IMG/VR virus record: IMGVR_UViG_3300032227_001145
Span: 4,688-68,687 of that record
Length of the DNA stretch: 64,000 nt
Origin: a virus
Lineage: Duplodnaviria > Caudoviricetes
Strand: one strand, 5' to 3'
Each line of letters begins with the position of its first letter. Positions within the stretch are counted from its first letter, which is position 1. Positions 48,512 through 58,627 of this stretch are shown in pieces. The translations under genes were made by a program, and so were the position numbers. Under the pieces are notes generated by a model. It had not been told where the DNA came from and ran no database searches. It saw only the letters and a list, made by a program, of their open reading frames with translations.

Positions 48512-49134
48512 TTATCTAAGTTTTGCAAATTATTTCTAAATTTATTGAATATTTTAGAAATATATGGAGTTCCTTTAAAGGTTACACTCCTTTTGCCATT
48601 TTTAGTTTGAATACCAGTTCCAGATGAAGAATTCTTAAAGCCAGTCTTGCTGTATAAGTAACTGCCTAAATTACTAATACCCTTTTCTACTCCTTCTGCC
48701 CAGCTAGATCCAGAAGCCCAAGGAATAGGCGTGGCAGAAGATATTTCTTCTTGAGATGGAGCATAAACTGTAATTGCAAATCTTCCAGAAGCAACAGTTC
48801 GAACCTTAAATGTCATTTTTCTAGACAGAATTTCATGTATAACTGAAGTTGGATCGTCGCCAGAACTAAAGCCAATAAAAGAAAACAAGTTGCCATATCC
48901 CCCCAAAGTATTACTAACATTTCCAGCATTCGGACCACCTTTGATTTCTCTCGTCACAGCATGAGAATTGAAATCTTTGATTAATTCTCTTTGAGCTTCT
49001 TCTATTTTTGGAGCAATAAATTTTCTTATTTCTAAGGCAGTTGCGGCTTGATTTTTAAACGAAATATCCTTTAAAAGTTGAGCTTGATTTATCTCAACTT
49101 TAAACTGTGTCGCAGATAAGAAAGCTCTTGCCAT
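48508..49134 (-). CDS. Neck/tail-completion protein
   Basis: Synteny; W..GVE.G and KGTPYISKI resemble neck proteins. Confidence 0.45.
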   Translation of the reverse strand: MARAFLSATQFKVEINQAQLLKDISFKNQAATALEIRKFIAPKIEEAQRELIKDFNSHAVTREIKGGPNAGNVSNTLGGYGNLFSFIGFSSGDDPTSVIHEILSRKMTFKVRTVASGRFAITVYAPSQEEISSATPIPWASGSSWAEGVEKGISNLGSYLYSKTGFKNSSSGTGIQTKNGKRSVTFKGTPYISKIFNKFRNNLQNLDK

Positions 49135-49583
49135 TAGTTTTCACGTTTTAAATAGATCATGTAATATTGTGTAGAAAATGGCCCAATATTCTTAGCATCT
49201 GAATCAACAATATATAAGACATCATCTATTTCGATTCTTGAGCAAATCTTAATTTTCTCATAAGCATCTTGCGCAACTTTAATTCGAGCCTTGCCTTCAG
49301 AAGATTTTAAATTTAATTGAGCATCGCCATCAACAACATTTTCTTCTTGATTATTTTCAAAATAAACTCTGGCCTTAAATGTGTGCTTTGTAAGAACTGT
49401 CTGAGCAGCAACTCTTTGAACATCCTTTGTTTTTCCATATAAAGGATTGTAGTTGGAGTTAGATGGCTTGCTGGCAATCTTCGTTTCAACATAAACATAA
49501 ATATCTCTAGAAAACGTGTCATGCACGTCTGCAAGGGCTGCTTGAATTGAAGCCTTTTGAGCTGATGTAAGTAGCGATGCCAT
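49134..49583 (-). CDS. Head-closure (stopper)-like protein
   Basis: 149 aa, C-terminal beta-barrel pattern (RIEIDDVLYIV..YYMIYLKR). Confidence 0.5.
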   Translation of the reverse strand: MASLLTSAQKASIQAALADVHDTFSRDIYVYVETKIASKPSNSNYNPLYGKTKDVQRVAAQTVLTKHTFKARVYFENNQEENVVDGDAQLNLKSSEGKARIKVAQDAYEKIKICSRIEIDDVLYIVDSDAKNIGPFSTQYYMIYLKREN

Positions 49584-50104
49584 TAGAATCCTCTGTAGTA
49601 ACTTCTTGAGCCGTAATTATCAAGTGCGTCAATTGGTTCGATGCCATCCTCTCCAGCAACTTGCAGCGGAGTTGATTTATACGCATTGTATTTACCAACT
49701 AAATCATTTAGTCTTTGTGTCGCGCCATTTCTTAATTCAATGAACGTTTTGGAAACAGAGTTTTTGTTTTGTCTTTGAATTGTTGTATCGCCCTCTTTAA
49801 GAGTTATCCAATCAGCATCATTACCATAAATAAAGCCACGCAGAGAATCTCTGGAGGCTTTTTCATAATAGTGAATTTCATACAAGGTAGAGTAAATATT
49901 TTCTTCTACTGGCAACAAACCAGAGCCTGTTGTAATCTCAATTGCACCAGTAGAATTAATATAAAACTCCTCGTTTAAAAGACCATTCAATTCTCCAATA
50001 TTAGCATCAAGCCAACCAGAAACATAAGAAACTGGAAATCTTTGCCTATCTTCAGAGAATTCGTAATTTACAATTTTTGTAGCTAGTCTTCCAAGATCAT
50101 TCAT
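49583..50104 (-). CDS. Head-tail adaptor-like protein
   Basis: Synteny after the capsid gene; WITLKEGDTTI. Confidence 0.45.
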   Translation of the reverse strand: MNDLGRLATKIVNYEFSEDRQRFPVSYVSGWLDANIGELNGLLNEEFYINSTGAIEITTGSGLLPVEENIYSTLYEIHYYEKASRDSLRGFIYGNDADWITLKEGDTTIQRQNKNSVSKTFIELRNGATQRLNDLVGKYNAYKSTPLQVAGEDGIEPIDALDNYGSRSYYRGF

Positions 50105-50109
50105 TTAGA

Positions 50110-50661
50110 TTAGTCCTTGAACAATCTTACAACTGAATCATAATCTGGGGAACTTTTATCAATGATTGGTTTTGCTTGACCTTGCACTGTTACATTATGT
50201 TTTTGCGCGTAATGATCAAAAGACTTTGACAAGCTCTTTTTTAATAGAGAGCGATTATTATTAAAGCTGGAAGCTGGCAAACCAACTCTAGATGCTAAAT
50301 TATACATTTCACTAAATGACATAACATCAAGCCTTTCTTGAAAGATTTGCTTGTTTGCTGTTCCGTATGGATTCATTTCTTTAAACCCAAGAAGCTCTTC
50401 AAGCTCTTTTGCTTTTTGAACTTCTATTTCTTTTTCACTTCTATCTTTGCCATCTGTTATCTTAAATTCTTCAAGGCTTTTTGATTCTTTTTTAGATTCG
50501 ACTCGAATAGAATTTAATTCTTCTTTAGAACAATTTAATAAATCCTTGCCTGCTGGAAGTCCTGAAATTTCAGAAGTGGAATTTTCTAGTTTTGTTTTGT
50601 TAGAAACTTCTTGCTTTCCATAAACGAAGTCTAAATCCTTGGTTGCTTTGTTTTTTGCCAT
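50110..50661 (-). CDS. Hypothetical protein with a possible HeH/Rho-N-like C-terminal motif
   Basis: LDVMSFSEMYNLASRVGL resembles Rho-N/HeH. Confidence 0.4.
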   Translation of the reverse strand: MAKNKATKDLDFVYGKQEVSNKTKLENSTSEISGLPAGKDLLNCSKEELNSIRVESKKESKSLEEFKITDGKDRSEKEIEVQKAKELEELLGFKEMNPYGTANKQIFQERLDVMSFSEMYNLASRVGLPASSFNNNRSLLKKSLSKSFDHYAQKHNVTVQGQAKPIIDKSSPDYDSVVRLFKD

Positions 50662-50693
50662 ATTATATATTATAAAGTTTTTGATAAAAATTC

Positions 50694-50728
50694 AAAAAAA
50701 AGAGCCGCTCCCTTTCGGAAGCGGCTCT
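50694..50728 (-). terminator. Intrinsic terminator after the major capsid gene
   Basis: AGAGCCGCTTCC-GAAA-GGGAGCGGCTCT then 7 or more T. Confidence 0.9.
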
Positions 50729-50749
50729 ATTTAATTATATCTTGCGATA

Positions 50750-51874
50750 TTAGACAACGATACCGACGAGAGCGCGATCATCAATACAGACGCGACCTTC
50801 TTCGATCTTGCCATAATAGCCAATCTTATTCTGACGAACAGAGAATTGATCGTCAACAAGAACACTGAGTTCTCCAGTGGAACCTTCGTCAAGAACAACT
50901 GGACGAAGAAGAGCATCGCGAGAACGATCAATGCCAATAAGGATTTGATCAGTGCTGGCGTTCCAATTGGCACCACCATCGATTGCTGTTACGCTTTCAG
51001 CGCTAAGTACAGCGCTAAAGATGCTGTTAAAGCGTTGGGCGAGGCCCATTTCAAGAACTTCGATGATATTAATACCATAGAAGCTTGGAAGACCAGCAGC
51101 GCTGTAAAGTTGCTCGCGAAGAGTTTCTGGAGCAGCAAGACCATCGGCAGCAGTGCCTGTTGATCTGGTGTTGATTGGGTTATAAGCCATTGCACGAATC
51201 TTTTCAACCATTTCTGGAGAAACGAGAAGATCAGTTACGCCAGCTTTTGAACCACCAACTGGAGTTCCGCCAACAAATGAGCTATTGATTCTCTTAGACT
51301 TAGTGATAAGCCTGTTAAGATCATCAAGAAGAAACTGGTCTGCGACTGAGGAACGAATGAGATGGTTGCCAGCACTGCCATTGACAGAATTACCCTTAAC
51401 TAGAGCAGTTGCAAGCACGTTGAATGCAGTGCGCTCTTGCTTAAGCATGATTTCTTGGGCCATGCGAGTGAAAGTCTTAGAAACAACGTCAAGACGAGCC
51501 TTGCGTGCATACTTACGGTCGAAAGCGAGTGCGCTATCGAGAGTGTAAGTGCTGAACTTAAGTTCGTTATGAGCAGGGAAGACTTGGCTGTAAGGAAGGC
51601 CACCAGCGACTTGTTGTGAATAGACTTGGATGTAATCTTCGTCTGTAATGTCGTGGAAGAGATCAAGAGGAAGAGATGGATTGTCGTCAGCTTGATAGGT
51701 AAGAGTAGTGAAGAGATTACCAACAGTGACAGCATTGTTGATAACTTCGTTTACTACTGGACCTAGAAGTTCTGCAACAGCAGCTTGAGCCTCATAAGCC
51801 TCCTCACGATTATTGGAACCCATAGCGCGAACTAGGGCTAACTGATCTTCAGTTCTTTTGATTGTAATTTTCAT
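50750..51874 (-). CDS. Major capsid protein (HK97-like fold inferred)
   Basis: 374 aa, strongly biased codons, follows protease/scaffold and decoration genes, followed by a strong terminator. Confidence 0.85.
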   Translation of the reverse strand: MKITIKRTEDQLALVRAMGSNNREEAYEAQAAVAELLGPVVNEVINNAVTVGNLFTTLTYQADDNPSLPLDLFHDITDEDYIQVYSQQVAGGLPYSQVFPAHNELKFSTYTLDSALAFDRKYARKARLDVVSKTFTRMAQEIMLKQERTAFNVLATALVKGNSVNGSAGNHLIRSSVADQFLLDDLNRLITKSKRINSSFVGGTPVGGSKAGVTDLLVSPEMVEKIRAMAYNPINTRSTGTAADGLAAPETLREQLYSAAGLPSFYGINIIEVLEMGLAQRFNSIFSAVLSAESVTAIDGGANWNASTDQILIGIDRSRDALLRPVVLDEGSTGELSVLVDDQFSVRQNKIGYYGKIEEGRVCIDDRALVGIVV

Positions 51875-51894
51875 AAATAATTGTGAGTTTAAAA

Positions 51895-52470
51895 TTAGAA
51901 GTCGATTTTTACGATAGCGTAGTTGCCACCTTGGGTATCTGTGTTAAGGCGTGAGCCAGTAGCAAGAACGGTGCCGACAACAGCATCACCAAGAGCGGCA
52001 GTAGCAAAAAGACCACCATTACGAATGCCAAGTCTTGTCGCTGGAGCTGGGATAACGCTACCTGTGAATGCGGAAGCAAGGAAGGTGAATACGCCCTTGC
52101 TAGCAACAGGAACACTTTCTCCAGAAAGAACGCACTGAAGCTCTTCTTTCTTTTGTGGATAGAAGCGAAGCTTTTCGCCGTTTTCATCGGTGTCGCGAAC
52201 ATCGCGAAGAGTGATGCCAATAGCAGCTTCGCCAGAGTTTGCAGCAGTAACTCTAAGAGGATTAACTGCTAGTGGAGAATAAGCATTGCCTAAAACATTA
52301 AGGAATGAGCTGTCTGTAACTAGATCGACAAGATCTTCGTTTAGATCAGCGGAAGATACCTTAACAATAGCGCCTGCGCCTACTGAAGTGCCATTAAGAG
52401 CGAACATGTTGATAACGTCGTTATCGTCATATTGGCGAAATGGCAATAGTTTTGTAATTTCGTTAGCCAT
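51895..52470 (-). CDS. Capsid decoration/cement-like protein
   Basis: 191 aa, A/G/V-rich; GESVPVASKG and VGTV pattern; directly upstream of the capsid gene. Confidence 0.6.
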   Translation of the reverse strand: MANEITKLLPFRQYDDNDVINMFALNGTSVGAGAIVKVSSADLNEDLVDLVTDSSFLNVLGNAYSPLAVNPLRVTAANSGEAAIGITLRDVRDTDENGEKLRFYPQKKEELQCVLSGESVPVASKGVFTFLASAFTGSVIPAPATRLGIRNGGLFATAALGDAVVGTVLATGSRLNTDTQGGNYAIVKIDF

Positions 52471-52502
52471 AATAATTATTAGTTAATAGATTTTTTATTT
52501 TT

Positions 52503-54026
52503 TTACTTTGTAACTTCAACAATGAAGTTTTCCTTTAGTTTTGAGATTAAAGAAATTTTTTCTGAAGCATCTCCATTGTTATTAGGAATGGAGGCTTCGC
52601 TTGTTTTTTCGACCTCAAGCTCTTCTTCTGCGACTTGCTCTGAAGTTTTTTCAGTGGAAGCTACGGATTCTTGGAGTTTAGAAGCGACAGCTTCTTCAAT
52701 ACGAGACTTGATAGCCTCTTCTTGAGCAGCGATAGCTTCTTTTGACTTGTGAGCGAAAAGAACGGAAAGTTTACCTTTAAAGGTTTCGAAAGCTTCGTCA
52801 GAAGCTTCAACAGATTTAAGTTCAGCAACAACATACTCAAGTTCTGCTTGAGAGAATGTGTAAGTTGAGTCGAGGAAATTCATTCTGGCATTAAACAATT
52901 CAACAGCAGCTTGTGCTTGAACTTCAGCCTTAATAGTGCTGAGTTCAGATTGAATAACTTCAAAAGAAGCTTTTAATTCAGCAAGATCGGCTTCTGCTCT
53001 TTGACGAGCCTCTGCTTCAAGTTGAACTTTTGATTTCCATGTTTCGCTGTGCTCAGAAAGAGCATCGCGCATAATCTCGCCAATTGAACTGGCTTGATCG
53101 TCCTTCTTTACAACAGAGGCAACGCTTTCAGCTACCTTGGTCATTAATTGTTCGAATTGTTCAGTATCCATATCAAATATATCGAATTTATCGGTTTTTA
53201 CATCTTTTTCCGAGTTTAGGGAAATTTTTTGTGATTTTTTAATATCTTGGTTATCATTAATTTCTTCAGAGTTATCAATATTATTTTTCATTAAATAAAC
53301 ACCCTTAACTCTTGCGGCTGGATTATATGTTAGAGCAGCGCCTAGTGGATAGGTTTCTCCATAGATTAATCTATGAACAGGAACACCTTCTTTATCCGTT
53401 CCCTTTCCGCCAAAGCCTTTAACATATTGCTTCATGGCTTCCGCTTGTGCGCCTTCCATAACTTCGCATTCATCTAATCTATTAGAACCATAAACAACTT
53501 TATAGTTTTTGAATGCTAATTCCCAACTTGTTGAAATGCTTTGATATTCTTCAGAATCTTCTTCTGCGGCTTGCTCAACTGCATTGGCGAGTTCTGGAAA
53601 TATATTTCTATAAATTAGTCCTGCGGCATTAATAAAAAACGGTTCTGTTTTTCCAGCATATGAAGCAACATCATAATCTTTAAAGTCGAACTCCGCCTCA
53701 GAAAAGGAGGCGTTAATTATGTGTCCAACAATTTTATGTTTCTTGTGCTCAATGTTAATAGGCTTATTAATAAAACGCTTAACTGCGGCAATGGCTGTTT
53801 CAGTATCAATGCCGTCGCCATTTTTATTAAATTCATTAACAACTGCTAGATTGAATACAACAGGAAGAACATCGATATTTTCCGATGGATCAAATCCTTC
53901 TGGCATTAGCGACTTAGCTGCTTCTGCAATAGAACCTTCCGACACTCCGAATTTATCGAAGTCTTCTTGTTTTAGGGCTTTTATTTTACAATTGAAGCTA
54001 CTAACTTCGAAATCTTTAATGTCCAT
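52503..54026 (-). CDS. Prohead protease fused to a scaffold domain
   Basis: N-terminal FNKNGDG..PINIEH..STSWE..GAALTYNPA; C-terminal A/E-rich coiled coil; start set at ATG 54026. Confidence 0.75.
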   Translation of the reverse strand: MDIKDFEVSSFNCKIKALKQEDFDKFGVSEGSIAEAAKSLMPEGFDPSENIDVLPVVFNLAVVNEFNKNGDGIDTETAIAAVKRFINKPINIEHKKHKIVGHIINASFSEAEFDFKDYDVASYAGKTEPFFINAAGLIYRNIFPELANAVEQAAEEDSEEYQSISTSWELAFKNYKVVYGSNRLDECEVMEGAQAEAMKQYVKGFGGKGTDKEGVPVHRLIYGETYPLGAALTYNPAARVKGVYLMKNNIDNSEEINDNQDIKKSQKISLNSEKDVKTDKFDIFDMDTEQFEQLMTKVAESVASVVKKDDQASSIGEIMRDALSEHSETWKSKVQLEAEARQRAEADLAELKASFEVIQSELSTIKAEVQAQAAVELFNARMNFLDSTYTFSQAELEYVVAELKSVEASDEAFETFKGKLSVLFAHKSKEAIAAQEEAIKSRIEEAVASKLQESVASTEKTSEQVAEEELEVEKTSEASIPNNNGDASEKISLISKLKENFIVEVTK

Positions 54027-54035
54027 ATTTTTTTG

Positions 54036-54041
54036 TTACAC
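54036..54041 (-). promoter_or_regulatory. GTGTAA putative late promoter element (protease-capsid operon)
   Basis: 9 nt upstream of the ATG, adjacent to the portal stop codon. Confidence 0.65.
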
Positions 54042-56015
54042 TTAAATTTTGGTTGAGTGATATAAAATTGCGGCAGAAAGATCATCTAATTGATGTTTAG
54101 CTCCAAACTCTAGAATATTTGAGTTTACATCTAATTCAGAGATGGCCTCTAAATCGTTTATAATAGACGCTAAAGAACTATCCCACTCATCTACATCTTT
54201 TGATACTACAATCGACTCACAAGCCCTAGAAACAAGCTCTTTGCGATTGTCGTCAAGCTCCTCTAATCCGTATTTTAAAGCAAATTCGCGAAATGCACGA
54301 AGCTCAAATTCATTAATCATTTTTGTAGTCTCAACTATATGCTTTTTGGAAAAGGTTGAGTTTGAAACGCCAATTGGTCTGCCGCCAGAAGGAGAAATTG
54401 CCACAGGCTTTTTCGGAGCTTGTTGAACAGGATCTTCCGCTTCGTCTGTTTCATAAAGATTAATGCTATTTACAAGAGGCATATAGTATCCATCTTCACG
54501 TTTATCTTTGAATGCCTTTTGAGCCTCATCAAGATCTTCTGATTTTGGAAATACTCCAGTATGGATAACGTCCATTCCTTGCTCTGGTGTTATGACTCCA
54601 AGTTCCATCATGCGAGTGGCAAGCTTTGTCATGTCTGAATTATCAAGAGTATCAGTTTTGACTAATTTAGCTTCTGGCCATGAACGCATACCAGCGGACT
54701 TGCAAATTCTGCGGATTTCTGGCTGCAAGAATTCTCTAATAAATAATTGACGAGACTCCTCTAGGCGTTGAATAAAGATTTTCATTTTGAGCTGGCCATC
54801 AGCATACTTATTGTCGCCAATAAGAACATTCTGAAGTCCTTCTTGAATATCTCTGTTTAGAACTTCATACTTTTCTGGACCAATAACCTTGCGAAGATCT
54901 GGAATAATGAAGTCAGCTTTAGTTGTATAATCAGAAACAAGAACTCGACCAACGCTTTGATTCTTAAAGATGCTTTGCATTGCTTGCAAGGCTTTGCTAT
55001 TAATGCCGCCCTTATCTGGTTCAGCACCCATGGTTATAAGAAGAACTACGTTTTCGATAGAGCGAGAAATTGCTTGGTCTATTTTTTTAAGTTCAAGCTT
55101 TTTATTAATATCGTCAAGAACTGTAAATCCATATGGAATAGCAAGCGGCTCATAATCTTGTTTTTTAGCAAATACTACATGTAGTAGATCTGAAGCAAGC
55201 TGAATATATAAACGCTCAGATGTTGAGGCGGTATTGTTCTTGATTCTTAATTGAACATCATCTGGTAGAGAGTTAAACATCTCCTTCTCGTGTTCTGTTT
55301 TGGGATTTTTGAGACGAGAAATCTCATATGGAGTAAGAACTTTGAAGTATTGGTAATCAGTAAATGAAATTGATCCTTTTGTAGCAATATCAGTTGGATT
55401 GATGACCATATACTTAATTGGAATGGCAGCATTTTTATTTGTAGCACCATATGTTTCAAGAATCTTTTCTGTATCTTGCATTTTTAAGCGACCATCAATG
55501 CGATATAAGAATACGTTACCAGAGCGATAATATTCTCTGAAGAACTGGGCTTTTAAATCATGAATCCTGATACGCTTAAACCATGCATTAATAAAACTGC
55601 GAGACTTATCTGATCCACCATCTAAATAAATATCAGAGTCAGCAAAATCTGAAAGCATATCAATTGTGCTACGAAAAGCAGGAACATTAAAATAAGCTTT
55701 TTGGCAAAGTTGAATAGCATCTCTGGCGTCTACAGAATCTCTGGAGTAATCAAACGGCAAAAGTCCGTCATCAATATTCTTGAATCGATCCTTAACATAA
55801 TTCTTAGATATGTTATTTGTTCTTGAGGAGGTTCTTGTTGACGAAGAATCAAGTCTTGATGCAACGCTTTCATAAAGTGACTCTCCTACTAATTCTGGTT
55901 CAAATATACCTGCTTTTGATTGCTGCTGTAAAAAAAGTTCATTCAAATTATTGTTGGAACCTTCTTTGTTAAATTTTGCCCAATATTCTGATCTCTTAGT
56001 ATACTTCCTTGCCAT
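54042..56015 (-). CDS. Portal protein
   Basis: Between terminase and protease; FFREYYRSGNVFLY, EPLAIPYG, LVSDYTTKADF. Confidence 0.8.
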   Translation of the reverse strand: MARKYTKRSEYWAKFNKEGSNNNLNELFLQQQSKAGIFEPELVGESLYESVASRLDSSSTRTSSRTNNISKNYVKDRFKNIDDGLLPFDYSRDSVDARDAIQLCQKAYFNVPAFRSTIDMLSDFADSDIYLDGGSDKSRSFINAWFKRIRIHDLKAQFFREYYRSGNVFLYRIDGRLKMQDTEKILETYGATNKNAAIPIKYMVINPTDIATKGSISFTDYQYFKVLTPYEISRLKNPKTEHEKEMFNSLPDDVQLRIKNNTASTSERLYIQLASDLLHVVFAKKQDYEPLAIPYGFTVLDDINKKLELKKIDQAISRSIENVVLLITMGAEPDKGGINSKALQAMQSIFKNQSVGRVLVSDYTTKADFIIPDLRKVIGPEKYEVLNRDIQEGLQNVLIGDNKYADGQLKMKIFIQRLEESRQLFIREFLQPEIRRICKSAGMRSWPEAKLVKTDTLDNSDMTKLATRMMELGVITPEQGMDVIHTGVFPKSEDLDEAQKAFKDKREDGYYMPLVNSINLYETDEAEDPVQQAPKKPVAISPSGGRPIGVSNSTFSKKHIVETTKMINEFELRAFREFALKYGLEELDDNRKELVSRACESIVVSKDVDEWDSSLASIINDLEAISELDVNSNILEFGAKHQLDDLSAAILYHSTKI

Positions 56016-56026
56016 GGTATTATTTG

Positions 56027-56032
56027 TTACAC
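56027..56032 (-). promoter_or_regulatory. GTGTAA putative late promoter element (portal)
   Basis: 11 nt upstream of the ATG. Confidence 0.65.
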
Positions 56033-56061
56033 CAAAGTTATAAAAGTTACTTTTAAACTTT

Positions 56062-57954
56062 TCAAATAGTAAAAGGAATAAATGTATTTGTCACTTTCTT
56101 CTCTGCTTTGGCGTTTTGAGCATCAAAGAAAACTTTGGCAAACCAATTACCTAGAACTAAAGCAGAATAAGAGTCTTTTCTTGCTCTGTTTGGACCTTTC
56201 TGACGCTTGAAGTTTTGGGGCAGGTTAAATGACTGAGATCCTTGTGGATTTGAAATTACTTCAATATTCGCGCATTCTGATTTTGTAAGTTCAATTATTG
56301 TTTTTTGGTGATCAATAAAGTCAATCATTTTTGCAGCAACAGATGTAGCAGATATCTTACTATCCCATCTTAAATCATCAATAGGAATATTCTTCTTTCT
56401 TTGCTCATCGAAATGATCTTCGATAGCTCTAGCTGCAAACAAGACTCTTTTATGATCAATAGATGCTTGTAGTAATTCATTTGCCATACGAATCCAATTG
56501 GACGTAGGCTTTCTCAGAATACAATACTTGCGCTCCTTTTGATTGTATTGGTTCTTGAAAGCAAGGATGTCTTCATGCCATTGTTCTGGTTTTTCTAACT
56601 CAACATCAATAACTCCAATATTAATGTTTGCTTTTTTAAATATTTCACTTTCGTTACAGGAGTTTATAAATTGGACACCGCCATTATAGTCTCCACAGAT
56701 TCCTGCTATATTAAAGTTTTGAATCAGGTATAAGAAGTATCTCATATGCTCCTTTAAGGAAACACCAGCTATGGCATAGCTATGAACAAGACAAACCTTT
56801 TGCTCTTCTCTTAATATCTTGAAAACATGCATGGCAAAATGGTCAGCACTGGTATTTCCAGCCCAGTTTGGGTCAAATGCCAAAAGGTATTCGTCACTTG
56901 GATTTCCAGCGACTTCCACAGCAGGGAAATCGCCATCTGGAATAGTGCAAGCCGCCATTTTAGATAGTCTAAAGTATCCATCGCTTTCATCTACAAATTG
57001 TGCGCCAAACTCTCTCTTAAACTGCATTTCGCTCATTGTCGCCTTTGCCTGTTTAAGCAGGTTCTGATCATAAAGTCTTGTTGGAGCGCAGTCATAACTC
57101 AACTGCATAATTAATCTATAAGCTTCGTCTGCTGCTTGAGCATCCTCCTCCTCTTCTCCTGTTTTTATTTCTCCGAATATAAGAGCTTCATACTTCTTGT
57201 AGAGCTTATACATGTATTCGAATTTGAACGAGGGAGATGAAAGGATTATGAGCTTATTGTTTGGCCAGACATATCTCTCATCTTCCCGCATCTCGCCCTT
57301 ATCGATTAAGCGGGACTCTAATTTGTGTAATTCTTCTCTTTGTATTGGATTTTCTGTCACACCAAGAAACGGTATGATAACTTCATTGAAAATTTTCTCA
57401 GGAATCGTTAAGAATTCATCCAACACTATCCTATTAAATCGAAAACCACGAAGACGTTCGCCATTGGCAAGAGGTAGGGCTATCGCCCTACTGTTGCCGA
57501 TTTTCATAGTCCATTGATCAGTTCCTTTGGTTATCTTTACGCCGCATTCTTTTGCTAGTTTTGCTTCTGGTTTTGCCAAAATGTCTTCCATTTTTTGGAA
57601 GATTTGTTTTGATTGTCTAAAGCTACCTGCAATAACACCAATGTTGGCATTTGGATTAAGCAGACATTCTAAAAGAACATAGATTGCAGTAGAGAATGTT
57701 TTAGACATGCCCCGAGAGAATACAAACATGGAATAATCAGAAACCATCATTCCTTTGATAGCCATTGCTTGGAATGGGAAAAGCTTTACTCCCAAAAAGA
57801 GTTCGGAAGTAAATGCGATATTGGCGCGAAGAAATTTATATAATAAATATTTTGCTTCCTCATCAGGAAGATCTTCCTCAAAGGTTTTCAAATAAGCATT
57901 AAATTCTTTCGCCGAATAATCAGTGCGATATCGTTGTTTTCCTTTATTCCACAT
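56062..57954 (-). CDS. terL: Terminase large subunit
   Basis: LFPFQ, Walker A variant SRGMSKT, RGFRFNRIVLDEF, FKREFGAQF, nuclease motifs LAFDP..SAD and RKDSYSAL. Confidence 0.92.
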   Translation of the reverse strand: MWNKGKQRYRTDYSAKEFNAYLKTFEEDLPDEEAKYLLYKFLRANIAFTSELFLGVKLFPFQAMAIKGMMVSDYSMFVFSRGMSKTFSTAIYVLLECLLNPNANIGVIAGSFRQSKQIFQKMEDILAKPEAKLAKECGVKITKGTDQWTMKIGNSRAIALPLANGERLRGFRFNRIVLDEFLTIPEKIFNEVIIPFLGVTENPIQREELHKLESRLIDKGEMREDERYVWPNNKLIILSSPSFKFEYMYKLYKKYEALIFGEIKTGEEEEDAQAADEAYRLIMQLSYDCAPTRLYDQNLLKQAKATMSEMQFKREFGAQFVDESDGYFRLSKMAACTIPDGDFPAVEVAGNPSDEYLLAFDPNWAGNTSADHFAMHVFKILREEQKVCLVHSYAIAGVSLKEHMRYFLYLIQNFNIAGICGDYNGGVQFINSCNESEIFKKANINIGVIDVELEKPEQWHEDILAFKNQYNQKERKYCILRKPTSNWIRMANELLQASIDHKRVLFAARAIEDHFDEQRKKNIPIDDLRWDSKISATSVAAKMIDFIDHQKTIIELTKSECANIEVISNPQGSQSFNLPQNFKRQKGPNRARKDSYSALVLGNWFAKVFFDAQNAKAEKKVTNTFIPFTI

Positions 57955-58585
57955 GTAAAAATTTTTTCTTTCTATCTAGAAATATTTTAGCATCATTATA
58001 AAAATGATGAATTAATTTTTTGCAATATTTGTTGCTTGAAACGCTCCATCTATAAACATTATGCCTTTTTTCAAGATTATTTGATTTTGTTTGAATAAAT
58101 TTTTTAGAATATTCTGCGAAAGCTGAAACAATACTTTTTGTTCCATATAATCCAATAACCCAAAGCTCTTTTCTGTCTTTTGGCTTCAATTTAAAAATAG
58201 TCCCGTCCCCATCTAAAACACCTCTCCAAAAAGACTTTTGAAGAAAATCATCTTCAAAATAAATTGGATTAGCGGTTAAACTTTTATTATTTTTAATTCC
58301 ATGTAGTACTAAATAAGAAACAAATTCTTGACTATTTATTACTAACCTACAACCTTTCATATTTTTTCTAAAATGAATCGGCCCATTATAATCGACACAT
58401 TTTTTAAATTTTTCTAAATGATTTACATCTTTAATATGCAATCCTATCTCAATAAAAGATTCTTTTTTGTTTTTGATGCCGATATATCCATCTGCTAAAA
58501 TAAATCCTAACCAATAAGCCTTTTCTTCAGAATCAACTTTTTGAAAATAACTTTTATTTAAACTATATTTACTTTTACCTGCCAT
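57944..58585 (-). mobile_element. Free-standing two-motif LAGLIDADG homing endonuclease
   Basis: EKAYWLGFILADG and RGVLDGDG; overlaps the terL start. Confidence 0.85.
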
Positions 58586-58627
58586 ATAAATATATATCGA
58601 TTGTTTCCTTAATTGCCAACTAATTAA

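Noticed and set aside
44217-50104. Contractile tail sheath gene
   Set aside because: No sheath-sized or sheath-like ORF between the neck genes and the tape measure; a long non-contractile tail is the simpler reading
50731-52486. Many antisense and alternate-frame ORFs over the capsid and decoration genes, and similar short ORFs elsewhere
   Set aside because: They are shadows of biased codon use, have no recognisable motifs, and overlap confident genes
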